Positions 20,501-29,168 are shown, counted from the first letter of the stretch. The stretch: 64,000 nt of DNA from Candidatus Omnitrophota bacterium (GCA_044225175.1 JBGAJA010000001.1:742711-806710); one strand, 5' to 3'. Numbers and translations: made by a program. The notes: generated by a model from the letters alone, not told the origin.

Positions 20501-23500
20501 TTGAATATTTCTAATAATTTCCCCTTATCTTTGACTTGAAGGAAATCCAAAACAGGTTGATAGGCTTCTCTAGCACGGGCAACAATCTCATCTCTCTTGT
20601 CTGTCACCTGCTTCCAAAGCATCTCTGCCCTAATCCTTTGTTCTTCTGAAACATCGTTCGCAGGGTTATTAGAGTGTTCATGAGCATATTTTTGAGGATC
20701 AAAAAACCTTATTTCATCTGTTTTAGGATTATGAAAGATAAAAACATTACCATTGATTCCCTGCAATTCAAAATCAGCGGGGATGCCTTTGACATCAAGC
20801 CAGGGATTTTCATTGAAATGCAAGGCATAGCCACCAGAATCTAGAGATGTGAGAACATACCTATTATCTGTGGTGACCCATGAGTCTAACCTATAATCTG
20901 CGTACTTACGCGATAAACGACTGTCCTGAAAACGCATATCAAGAAGACTATTATTTAAAGTATCTTTCTTAAACCATATCCCCTGGGAATAAAACGCTTG
21001 GATCTCCTGATCAGGAACTAAAAGATCACTTGTACTAGAACGATTTAAGTCAAGCCAATAGGTAGTTTCTTGACCGCGCTGATTATCTTTAACGATATAA
21101 ATGTTTCCAACCAACATTCGAGTGGAATCTGGAGGAATCAAATTTGTGGGAACTTTGATAAAATGCTGATCTTTCAAGTGAACAATATCAATCTCTCCAC
21201 TTAGAACAAAGGCTTCCCAGTATTCAGGCAAAATTTGATCATAATTAATACTCACCATATCTCCATTACTCCTGATCTTCCAGATCGTGACATGGTATAA
21301 ATCATTAAAACTACACAAGAAAATTTCATCATTGTTTCTAACAATATTAAATCCTACCTTTGATTCACCAATAACCCTCCCATTCTTTATTAAATAAGCC
21401 TTGAGAGTAGTTTCATCCACAGACGAGTACAAAATAATTTTACCCGAGTGATCCAAAGCTAATTTTTTAGTTTGAATGGTTTCATTAGTTACGAAATTAA
21501 TAATTTGATAGTTTTTAATCCCTGTTTCAGTTGATGTAAACTCTTGAATAAGCACTTCACTGTCCTTTATGAAATATTGTTTTAACGTGTGGTTAGTAAA
21601 GTGTAGAGCATCTATTTCAGCTTGCTCGACACCTCCTCGATCGTTAACCGCTAGAAACACTGTCACTTTATCAGGTGAAGTCATCCTTGGTGTGAATACA
21701 ATAAATTTCCCAGAATCAGAAATAGACACTTCGCCATTAAGATTTTGGTTTATATATTTTTCATTTTTTAGATTATAAATTGATTTTCCATATGGACCTT
21801 CCAGCAGAACAAGCTCACCTTTTACTTCTTTAACTGTTGTATTAGGAGGCACTAAAAAGACGTATTGGGATGCATATAGGGTTTGTCGACCATCATTGCT
21901 TGTAACAACAAAAACTTCCGGCGATATTTCGAGATAATCAACATAAGATATTGGATTTAATTTAGGATTACTCAAATCTCTGAGCTCAATCTTCTGTCCT
22001 TTTCGAAAGCTAGTCCATCGAGTTGCTAAAACTAAAGGAGGATTTTCACTAAAAAAATGATCGATAGGCGCGGTTAGAATTTTGGTTGGTTCATCAGGAT
22101 CCACATAAAGCGCCTTGCCATTGTCTGGATTATAAAACACAAAATATTTGCCATCGAATTCGACTCGGGGATATTCTTTAACAAATACAGGAATTTCACC
22201 TAACCCTCCTGCCTTTAACCCATCACTAATCATATACCGCTCTGATATGGAATTCGCATAAACGATCTTATGGCTCGATTCATCATACGCGCCAGCATCA
22301 ATATTTGGATCTAAACGTGGATTCATCATTCCGAAACTTAAAGTACCATCTTCTAATAAAACAATAATAGTAACCCTAGAAAGAGTTCCAATTAATTTTC
22401 CTTTAAATTTAAATTTTGCAAGCGAATCCTTTAAACTCCATGCTATCGTGTGGGTTGGATTGCTTTCATCAATCAAGAAAGGAAAACGAGGATGCTCATA
22501 AATCTTTCCAAAAATATTTTTTAAATCAAACTCTGCGCCACCTACCCCTAAAATTCCTTCTCCATTAATCCATAAAGCCATAATAGAATTTTTGTAGTTT
22601 TCCGAAAGCAATACTTGAAAAGATTTATCTTTTAAAAAAAACTTATTGGATGCTGTTTTTAATCTAAAGGCCCTATTTCCATCTTTGTCAAAACCTAATA
22701 CAGCTTCTCTATATTTCTCTTCAGAATCATTTAACCATTCCTTCGTTTCTGTGTTATAAAGTCTCACCTGGTCCCCATACGAAAAAATAGCAACTCCAGA
22801 AAGCGGATCAATATAACAAGATTCTGCCTGCGCAATCCCAACTTGAAGATCAACATAATTAGCTGTACCAGAATTTGGTTTTCGTAATTCCATAATCGAA
22901 GAATAGGGATGGAAACTCACCTCTCCTTCAAGATCAGCTAATCTGAGTACTGACTTGTCTTTCATATCAAAAATATGATAGTCATTCATAATACCTTTTA
23001 TTTTAAAAACAATAAATCGACCGTCTGGACTTATTTTCATTTCTTTAATTTTCCTTAATTCTTGGATCTCTCCTTCAAGAAAATTAATATATTTAGATTT
23101 TTCTGTATCAAAAGCTGTATATGAACCATTACTTAACTGATAAAACACATGCCTTCCATCTGGACTTAATATTGGCTCACCTATAGCATCCATCGGGTTT
23201 TGCCATATCAGTTGACTACCCGACTTAAAGACTAAAGCATTGTGGTGGATAGGATCACCTTCAACAGCAACAGCATATTTGTACTCAACCCACATATAAT
23301 CCCCATGTAAAACTCGTATCTTTGTAATTGTTGTTGCTTCACCCACCCATTTAATCTTTTGCCCCGTTGCAATCTCATAAACGTCCCCATTTCTCAACAT
23401 ATATTTCATTCGCGCATCTGCAGGAACATACACTTGTTCTTGAGGTTGTGTCATATCTGGTGGGGTGGTTAAGAACTTCGAAATAGCTTGATTATCTGCA

Positions 23501-26500
23501 GCTCCATCATCGTAAACTTTTAAATCCGGCGTGATAGGAGTATTCATTTTAGCCGTGGGTTGCGGAGCCCCCATTTCGTAACTGGTTGCTGGCTCATCTT
23601 CAGCCAAAAGCTTGATACGTTCCCCTAAGCTTAATAATTCCGTATGTTCATCAGCGCTTAATGGTGATTTACGTCTTTGCTCTAAAAGGTCTAGAAATCG
23701 CTGGGCCATTTGTCTGGGTACAATGACATAGCCATTGGTTTTAATTTTAGGCAAATCGTGGTGTTTTAGGAAATCGAATGTTCTAACATCATAGTTCATA
23801 AACGCTCTTAATGCGTCTGGTGTGAAATCAGCCACGATCAATTCTAATGTCTTTGAACCAAGGGTTTGTTTACTGATTAAATGAAAGTCATTGTATCGAA
23901 CAATGGTGGCACCGATCGATTCAAGCGCTTTTTGGGCGCCCCATTCAAATATATCTTCATTAACAAAGAGAACTTCTTTGCCTTGCTTCATAAGTAATTG
24001 GCCAAAACCTTTCTCATTAGGCAAAAGCACATACTTACCACTAGACTGCAAGGAATTGATCAAACGAGCAATTTTCTTTTTGATCATTCGCTTGATATCA
24101 TTAACCACATAGGCATTTTCTTGATTATCAGCAATCAAAGCTTCTAAGCCAGCCACAAGTGTATTGATGTATTTGATCTTCTGCACATCTCCCATTGGAT
24201 TCTCAAGAATACCTTTGACCATTTGTTCAACAGCCAATTGCATAGGCCAAGGGTTTCGAGCGTCATGATCCGATGGAAAGATGACCTTGTCTCTGGATTG
24301 TTGAACATTGATAAGCGTAGCAAACTCAAGGGCCAAATTTCCTTCAATTACAGAATCAGGATGAGTGGTCTCAGAAAGAGGAATACGCATGATAACTTCC
24401 CCATTTCTAACAAATGCGACAGACCTGCCTGGCTCATGAACATGAATGACCTTGATCTTACGAAGCTCCTCTTGAATGTCTCCTTGTGATAAGCTTTCAG
24501 TTGCCTTTGTTCCCCCTTCACCCGGGACTAACATTCCAGATAACACAGAAATATTCATCCCACTGCCATTATCAACAACCTTGATTTCGTGTTCATTAAA
24601 ATCAATGTTAATCCATTTTTCTTCTGATTTCACAAGTTGGTGTCCACTTGGCACAATAAACTCTCTATTTTCCCATCCATTGATCTTTTCTGTCTGTTGA
24701 TTTAGCTGTGTGGTAATTTTGATGTTTTCTACAATTCCAAAACGACTATGAATATTGTCCTTTAACCATTTTAAAGAATTGACTTGGCCATCCTGTACAA
24801 TGCTTTTGACTTTTCCTATTCTTACAACAGTCCCTTGTGTCATTCCTGGAACTTGGGTGGCCTTAAGAAAATCATCATCAGTCATAGAATAAATTTGTAT
24901 TTGATAAGCCTTATGTTCATCTTTCATGACTGTTAAACGCCAGGCTGGTTTGCCTTCTTGTTTGGTTACAATATCCAATCGATCTCCTGGATCCTCCAAC
25001 CAATCTAAAATTTGTTTAACTCCCTTACCAAACTGACCAATAGAGCCGCCCAATGCATCAATGCTATTAGCAACTGCTTCAATAATCGATTGCCCCTTGG
25101 GGTTTCCACTTTGTAAGCCAATGACAGAATCTAACCGTATCTCTTCATTAGTTCCTGCCTTTAAAGATTTGATCATGGCCTCTGTATAGCCTTGTTTGGC
25201 TAAAGCTTCTAGTGTTTCGATCGGAGATTCCTGACGCTTAAGCTTTTTCTGTGCCCTTAAGAATTCTAAAAGGTTAACCCCATTAAAAGGCAAAGCATTC
25301 CAATAGCTGTTATCACCCACCGGGTTGTCGGGATCAATCCTGGCAGAAACCATGGCTAAATCGCCCATTAAAGCATCTTTGGATATGGATTGAACTGTTT
25401 TAAAAACTTCTCCTAATCCATATTTAGAAGAGTTCAAAGCTAAATCAGCTCCCCCAGAGAAATACTTTCGTGGAATTGATTGATGGGTTATAGGATCAGT
25501 TACTTCTTTGATATAGTTGTAGACGCCTTTTTTGAAAGCGGTCAAGTAACGTTGGTAAATTAATTCGATATCTGTAGGGGCAGGGCTTGTCCCTGCCCTA
25601 GATAGGGCGGGTGTAAAACCCGCCCCTACAATTTTATTCTGATCAATATACACCTTTGCTAAAATCGAATCCCTAATCTTCTTCTTGTACCAGGTAGCTA
25701 GAATCAAAGAACCATACACCTGCCTAAGCTGCACAAAGTTGGCCCCTTCATTGATCTCTTTGGTCAATTCAGGAATAACAACCTCCCGTATGATCTGACT
25801 GTGCAAAAAGGTGTCAGACACCTTTTTATCAACCCGCCCCTTCAAAAAGGTGTCTGACACCTTTTTGGAGGCTACGTAGTCTTCTTCCAACATCACCTTT
25901 AGCCTGGATTCCACTACATAGGCTGTTCCTGCTTTAGCATTCTCATAAACCACTGCCTTTTCAGGGACTATCCATACCTTGTTGAAAGTATTGACTGGGA
26001 TATTGGTTGTTCCATACCTTTTGGCGGATTCTTCATAGATTCTTCTCCAGAATCTCTTTCCTATCTCATCTTCTGGGTACATAAGGCTGGCTGTGATCTG
26101 CTTTAGCATGTAGTCCTGGGCTAATAGGTCACGTCCCATCTCGGTTTGGCCAAAGCTTTCTGGGACAATGCGGTTTTTCTCATAGGGACTTAGATTCACC
26201 CATAGGTCGGCTTCTGGGGTGGTTAAAGAGGCCAAAAAGTACTTGATTAGACGGCTGGATTCTTGCCTTAAATTATGTGCATCAGCGACGGAACGTGACC
26301 CTGGATCTAGGATAAAATCGAAGCGAAAGGGGTTATCTGGATGGACCTTGATTCCTTTGAGTAGAGGTGGGGTCACAGGCGGACTTAAATGCACTCTCAC
26401 CCCAGGCTTAGGCAAATGAATGTCCTGGGCGTACGTCGGCATAGGACCCATACTGGTCACAATAAAACTAACCAAGATGACAATGACTAATGGGGTTTTG

Positions 26501-26547
26501 AGCATATCTATATTACCTTTATATAAATATGCCATATATAAAGTCAT
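17572..26547 (-). CDS. Giant secreted multidomain protein (2991 aa): shared N-terminal module, two GHKL/Hsp90-sacsin-like ATPase-motif regions, PD40-like beta-propeller repeats, C-terminal HExxH, shared C-terminal module
   Basis: Single uninterrupted ORF. Probable true start at Met15 (MLKTPLVIVILVSFIVTSMGPMPTYA-QD signal peptide; AAAGGT ~10 nt upstream). Canonical Bergerat motifs in order: EIPQNSSDAG (I), VDDGQGPPLG (II), GFFGTGKFTIYS (III). An earlier EAVANSIDALGG / DNGSGM region. Repeats of SPDGR(F/H)(I/V)(V/F). HELAHLFEYFE near the C-terminus. Confidence 0.8.
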   Translation of the reverse strand: MTLYMAYLYKGNIDMLKTPLVIVILVSFIVTSMGPMPTYAQDIHLPKPGVRVHLSPPVTPPLLKGIKVHPDNPFRFDFILDPGSRSVADAHNLRQESSRLIKYFLASLTTPEADLWVNLSPYEKNRIVPESFGQTEMGRDLLAQDYMLKQITASLMYPEDEIGKRFWRRIYEESAKRYGTTNIPVNTFNKVWIVPEKAVVYENAKAGTAYVVESRLKVMLEEDYVASKKVSDTFLKGRVDKKVSDTFLHSQIIREVVIPELTKEINEGANFVQLRQVYGSLILATWYKKKIRDSILAKVYIDQNKIVGAGFTPALSRAGTSPAPTDIELIYQRYLTAFKKGVYNYIKEVTDPITHQSIPRKYFSGGADLALNSSKYGLGEVFKTVQSISKDALMGDLAMVSARIDPDNPVGDNSYWNALPFNGVNLLEFLRAQKKLKRQESPIETLEALAKQGYTEAMIKSLKAGTNEEIRLDSVIGLQSGNPKGQSIIEAVANSIDALGGSIGQFGKGVKQILDWLEDPGDRLDIVTKQEGKPAWRLTVMKDEHKAYQIQIYSMTDDDFLKATQVPGMTQGTVVRIGKVKSIVQDGQVNSLKWLKDNIHSRFGIVENIKITTQLNQQTEKINGWENREFIVPSGHQLVKSEEKWINIDFNEHEIKVVDNGSGMNISVLSGMLVPGEGGTKATESLSQGDIQEELRKIKVIHVHEPGRSVAFVRNGEVIMRIPLSETTHPDSVIEGNLALEFATLINVQQSRDKVIFPSDHDARNPWPMQLAVEQMVKGILENPMGDVQKIKYINTLVAGLEALIADNQENAYVVNDIKRMIKKKIARLINSLQSSGKYVLLPNEKGFGQLLMKQGKEVLFVNEDIFEWGAQKALESIGATIVRYNDFHLISKQTLGSKTLELIVADFTPDALRAFMNYDVRTFDFLKHHDLPKIKTNGYVIVPRQMAQRFLDLLEQRRKSPLSADEHTELLSLGERIKLLAEDEPATSYEMGAPQPTAKMNTPITPDLKVYDDGAADNQAISKFLTTPPDMTQPQEQVYVPADARMKYMLRNGDVYEIATGQKIKWVGEATTITKIRVLHGDYMWVEYKYAVAVEGDPIHHNALVFKSGSQLIWQNPMDAIGEPILSPDGRHVFYQLSNGSYTAFDTEKSKYINFLEGEIQELRKIKEMKISPDGRFIVFKIKGIMNDYHIFDMKDKSVLRLADLEGEVSFHPYSSIMELRKPNSGTANYVDLQVGIAQAESCYIDPLSGVAIFSYGDQVRLYNTETKEWLNDSEEKYREAVLGFDKDGNRAFRLKTASNKFFLKDKSFQVLLSENYKNSIMALWINGEGILGVGGAEFDLKNIFGKIYEHPRFPFLIDESNPTHTIAWSLKDSLAKFKFKGKLIGTLSRVTIIVLLEDGTLSFGMMNPRLDPNIDAGAYDESSHKIVYANSISERYMISDGLKAGGLGEIPVFVKEYPRVEFDGKYFVFYNPDNGKALYVDPDEPTKILTAPIDHFFSENPPLVLATRWTSFRKGQKIELRDLSNPKLNPISYVDYLEISPEVFVVTSNDGRQTLYASQYVFLVPPNTTVKEVKGELVLLEGPYGKSIYNLKNEKYINQNLNGEVSISDSGKFIVFTPRMTSPDKVTVFLAVNDRGGVEQAEIDALHFTNHTLKQYFIKDSEVLIQEFTSTETGIKNYQIINFVTNETIQTKKLALDHSGKIILYSSVDETTLKAYLIKNGRVIGESKVGFNIVRNNDEIFLCSFNDLYHVTIWKIRSNGDMVSINYDQILPEYWEAFVLSGEIDIVHLKDQHFIKVPTNLIPPDSTRMLVGNIYIVKDNQRGQETTYWLDLNRSSTSDLLVPDQEIQAFYSQGIWFKKDTLNNSLLDMRFQDSRLSRKYADYRLDSWVTTDNRYVLTSLDSGGYALHFNENPWLDVKGIPADFELQGINGNVFIFHNPKTDEIRFFDPQKYAHEHSNNPANDVSEEQRIRAEMLWKQVTDKRDEIVARAREAYQPVLDFLQVKDKGKLLEIFKYFYSKQKEQIKTRFKDALANGKEHVNLDDLMVESFIKKMSLLLRGLQDLKKKGNPLFPSSEHTLVDNEIGDQFYRGLSHQIFVMAMNEKISLENADIPSWLLAMTYSLKIEADHSINLVKPINEMLDLLYEIYGQKISVHICSLMVVFLSLVAKNGNKSIDIAVDQLNKLLLFSKGKGKESYLALWYEAFSHTPLEQIVLAATDRRSATELGEAQFFVDFLTNRVDHVQTKDLELPKDIQWLMQKEEGIPVENIAQFNADKRSGIDQSSMYDIAGLFTPEHIGQMMAIDNPNLRREISQYVNVQGEAGRYAAEIPQNSSDAGANKLLVRYYKDVQTGDLVEEAVDDGQGPPLGKALALLIPKSNKIKDQQNGQTVGFFGTGKFTIYSGVDRVQMIANNGQEAYVFEMKVNRTLGRVFVVKVGIANPQDFSKGVIIRRMRNSQSSIAELDQMLGQHTWKMFAGMASNEQFKLVVEKEKEEGRITEEQVKVKGKNLLTEIDLKIGQHNYGPLKLWSTQDSDMPLQIIDKKGLRVESLSLKKEFLALIPESLRKHIEELRLVIQIPLPLIQNRSSFEQEAVIMPVIQQYVALEFYKALIHQELTNPDFHISQIPRDWETSARESYWNVLSPENQTQWSLAKERSLFDVINDINAGHLISHQDLTTLKGWFEGKGVNRSFEESLVPFLAQLNVQTKDGKNSLLMRRIKTQAAISEEAARRRAKSLGIDEAGFQQALNTVDPWGAQRGALANRMSHIATMISAESLAIPEEALNSQQQRLLSLVQKIGQKLGFEQVVIVKAEAPFQGLFSRRSGHSKVYINAQLAHRMDISSNGAIHKPTNTTIHELAHLFEYFESNAQKDSFEFGVLTKNDLFTHDKKFSRFMQFLSVITLLPKTDPAQLTKPLEPTRFQNKGGIDFTANQTPLEVRNAGEEIRFNLDPSMLQKLQNAPGFKPVITNIQPMTNVSEFLGLNHPEEVYQS
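25573..25630. repeat. GC-rich double-hairpin palindromic element, copy G1, in-frame inside giant CDS
   Basis: TGTAGGGG-CAGGG-cttgt-CCCTG-CCCTAGATAGG-GCGGG-tgtaaaa-CCCGC-CCCTACA. Terminal inverted repeats TGTAGGGG/CCCCTACA and two internal stem-loops. Encodes ...PALSRAGTSPAPTDIE... Confidence 0.75.
25805..25866. repeat. Two 23-bp perfect palindromes (AAAAAGGTGTC[A/T]GACACCTTTTT) 36 bp apart inside giant CDS
   Basis: 25805-25827 and 25844-25866 are exact reverse complements of each other, and each is self-complementary. They encode the duplicated peptide KKVSDTFL. The spacer contains AACCCGCCCCTT, resembling half of the double-hairpin element. Confidence 0.7.
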
Positions 26548-26585
26548 TTACAAGGGGTGGGAAGGCTAAATGAGAAAACGTTATC

Positions 26586-27365
26586 TTAGAGATTATTAAG
26601 AAGAGAAATGTAGTTTTCAAGGGATATTTCTTCTGGTCTAGCTTTGGGACTAATTTTTAGACGTTCGAGCTCTTTCATAAGCGTGTCATGATCATAATAC
26701 CCTTTAAGAGCATTACTAATAGTTTTTCTTCGTTGCATAAAAGCTGTTTGAATCATTTTAAACAACTTTTCTTCATTATGTGCTTTAAGATTTGGTTTAG
26801 ATTTAGGGATTAAAGAAATGAAACAAGAATCCACCTTAGGAACTGGATGAAAACTGCCTTTGCTAATTTTAAAAAGTATCTTCACATCCATGTAGTACTG
26901 AACAAAACATGATAAAGAACCATAGTCTTTGTTTCCAGCAACAGCAGCTACACGTTCTGCAAATTCAAGCTGTACGGTCATAAATGCCTTTTTAATTTGA
27001 TGTCTTTGCGCAATGATTTTTTCAATGATGGGCGTTGAAATGTAATAAGGAATGTTTCCAAGAACAATTAAATCATTAGGCAAAGTATTCATATCCCACT
27101 TAAGAAAGTCCCCTTCAATGATTTCCAACGACTCCTGAGGATATGTTTCTTTAAGAAATGAAACTAAATTACGATCTTTCTCAACCGCAATAACTTTCTT
27201 AACCAAAGGCAAGATGCGTTGAGTAATGGCCCCTTGACCTGGACCGATCTCAATAACGGTATCATCTGAGTGCAAATCACAAGAATCAATAATCTTTTGC
27301 TGAATACGCTGATCTTTCAAGAAATTCTGACCTAAACTTTTGACGGGACGGTGAGTGTTTTTCAT
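26586..27365 (-). CDS. rsmA: 16S rRNA (adenine1518/1519-N6)-dimethyltransferase
   Basis: 259 aa. LGQNFLKD and SAM-binding motif IEIGPGQGAIT. Confidence 0.9.
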   Translation of the reverse strand: MKNTHRPVKSLGQNFLKDQRIQQKIIDSCDLHSDDTVIEIGPGQGAITQRILPLVKKVIAVEKDRNLVSFLKETYPQESLEIIEGDFLKWDMNTLPNDLIVLGNIPYYISTPIIEKIIAQRHQIKKAFMTVQLEFAERVAAVAGNKDYGSLSCFVQYYMDVKILFKISKGSFHPVPKVDSCFISLIPKSKPNLKAHNEEKLFKMIQTAFMQRRKTISNALKGYYDHDTLMKELERLKISPKARPEEISLENYISLLNNL

Positions 27366-28243
27366 GCGAGTTGAAACGCCAGTTTGATGGCCGCGATCAT
27401 TGAAGAAGGATCAGCTTTATTCTTACCTGCAATATCAAAAGCTGTCCCATGGACAGGAGAAGTACGAACAAATGGAAGGCCTGCGGTAAAATTAACCAAG
27501 TCCTTAAAATACATGCCCTTAATGGGTGCGAGTCCTTGGTCATGATACATAGCTATAATCCCGTCGTATCCTTTGTCATGACAAAAGAATGTATCAGCTG
27601 GAAAAGGACCAAAAGCCTTAATTTTCCTTTGATTTGCTTCTTTAATCGCAGGAATAATCTGTTTAATTTCTTCCTTACCTAGCAATCCCAACTCTCCTGC
27701 ATGAGGATTGAGCCCAAGAACTGCAATACGAGGCTTAGAGATCTTAAACTGTTCTTTCAATGTTCTATGCATTAATTCAATCGATGAAAAAATAGATTTC
27801 TTGGTGATTAATCTTGAAACATCTTTTAAAGCCACATGCCTTGTCACCAAAGATAATCTTAAATTGGAAGAGACAAACATCATGTCAAATTGCTTAACAT
27901 TAAAACTTGAAGCTAAATATTCAGTATGCCCCAAGAAGTTCTTTTGATAATGGCTAACCCTCTCTTTAGATAAAGGAGCTGTAACAAGAGCATCCGCAAT
28001 GCCACCTTTGATCAAATCAATGGCAGTATTTAACGACTTGAATGAACCTTCTCCTGCATTGCGATAAGCAACATCCACGACGGGAAATTTGGACCTTCCC
28101 AAGAGCTTACGGTCTCCAACAAGAATAATAGAACCAAGGCGAGAAATATCTTTATTTGAAAGGGCCTTCAGAATCACCTCAGGGCCAATACCTTGAGGAT
28201 CTCCCATGGTGATGGCGATGGTTTTAATTGCGGATCTCGACAT
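27362..28243 (-). CDS. pdxA: 4-hydroxythreonine-4-phosphate dehydrogenase
   Basis: 293 aa. ITMGDPQGIGPEV, TRHVALKDV, MYHDQGL motifs. Conserved surA-pdxA-ksgA arrangement. Confidence 0.9.
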   Translation of the reverse strand: MSRSAIKTIAITMGDPQGIGPEVILKALSNKDISRLGSIILVGDRKLLGRSKFPVVDVAYRNAGEGSFKSLNTAIDLIKGGIADALVTAPLSKERVSHYQKNFLGHTEYLASSFNVKQFDMMFVSSNLRLSLVTRHVALKDVSRLITKKSIFSSIELMHRTLKEQFKISKPRIAVLGLNPHAGELGLLGKEEIKQIIPAIKEANQRKIKAFGPFPADTFFCHDKGYDGIIAMYHDQGLAPIKGMYFKDLVNFTAGLPFVRTSPVHGTAFDIAGKNKADPSSMIAAIKLAFQLA

Positions 28244-29168
28244 ATGCCTTTTCCCGCAACTTATCTAACCATGTTTTAAACTTAGCACGGAACTGGTCAT
28301 CGAAAAGTTTATTATAAATTTCATTCTTTACATCTTCGATTCCCTGCTTTTGACCAAGAACAATATTTTTAACTTTAAACAAATAGACACCACTCTCTAC
28401 TTCCACTGGCTGAGAAACCTCTCCTTGTTTCAAAGAAAAAACTTCTTTTTCTATGGCAGGGACCATTTGACCTTGCTCAAGCATTCCAACGGAGGGAGCT
28501 TGAGAGTATTGCTTACTGACTTTTTCAAAATCTCCGCTAACTATTAAATCTTTTCTGGCTTGCTTGATTTTATTTAATGCATCTGATTTTCCATCTTTAA
28601 AAGAAATATAAATGGAATCCAAATCATATTGAGACTTACTTTCAAATTCATCTTTATGATTATTGTAATAAACTGTCACATCTTCAGGATTGACAAAATT
28701 TTTGTCTCTTACTTCAAGATCAACTTCATATTTACTTTTCATCTGATTAATAATTTTCTTTTTGATATCTGTGACCGTAACCCCCTGGGTATTGATTTCC
28801 GTTAAAAAAGCATCCTCCGAAGGATACCGACTTTTAATTTCCTTCAATCTTTTTTCAACAACTTCGCCCCTAATCTCAATGCCCTTTTTATTAGCAGCTT
28901 CTAAGATCAACTTGTCTTCAATAAGCTGGTTGACCCCACGCTCTTCGTAAGAAGCAATGATCTGTTGAATTTCTTCAGGAGTTTTATGTTCAACTTTTAA
29001 CTGGCGGTAAATACCAGCAATATAATCCTTTAAATCTTTTAGGGTGATGACTTCACTGTTGACGATTGCAACAATGGCATCATTAATAGGTTTAGCGGCA
29101 AAACTATTGGCAGGTATTATTACAAGCATTAAAACAATAAGAGCAGACATTCCTAATTGCTTAGTCAT
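28224..29168 (-). CDS. surA: SurA-like periplasmic chaperone / parvulin-type peptidyl-prolyl isomerase
   Basis: The ORF track extends to 29237. The likely true start is Met24 (MTKQLGMSALIVLMLVIIPANSFA signal peptide), ATG at 29166-29168 with GGAGA upstream. SurA N-domain-like region plus a C-terminal parvulin-like region. Confidence 0.75.
   Translation of the reverse strand: MTKQLGMSALIVLMLVIIPANSFAAKPINDAIVAIVNSEVITLKDLKDYIAGIYRQLKVEHKTPEEIQQIIASYEERGVNQLIEDKLILEAANKKGIEIRGEVVEKRLKEIKSRYPSEDAFLTEINTQGVTVTDIKKKIINQMKSKYEVDLEVRDKNFVNPEDVTVYYNNHKDEFESKSQYDLDSIYISFKDGKSDALNKIKQARKDLIVSGDFEKVSKQYSQAPSVGMLEQGQMVPAIEKEVFSLKQGEVSQPVEVESGVYLFKVKNIVLGQKQGIEDVKNEIYNKLFDDQFRAKFKTWLDKLREKAYVEIRN

Noticed and set aside
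26355-26400. GC-rich stretch (GGTGGGGTCACAGGCGGACTT...CTCACCCCAGG) near the 5' end of the giant gene, considered as another palindromic-element copy.
   Set aside because: No consistent inverted repeat or terminal TGTAGGGG/CCCCTACA could be reconstructed. It is possibly a decayed remnant but not supportable.
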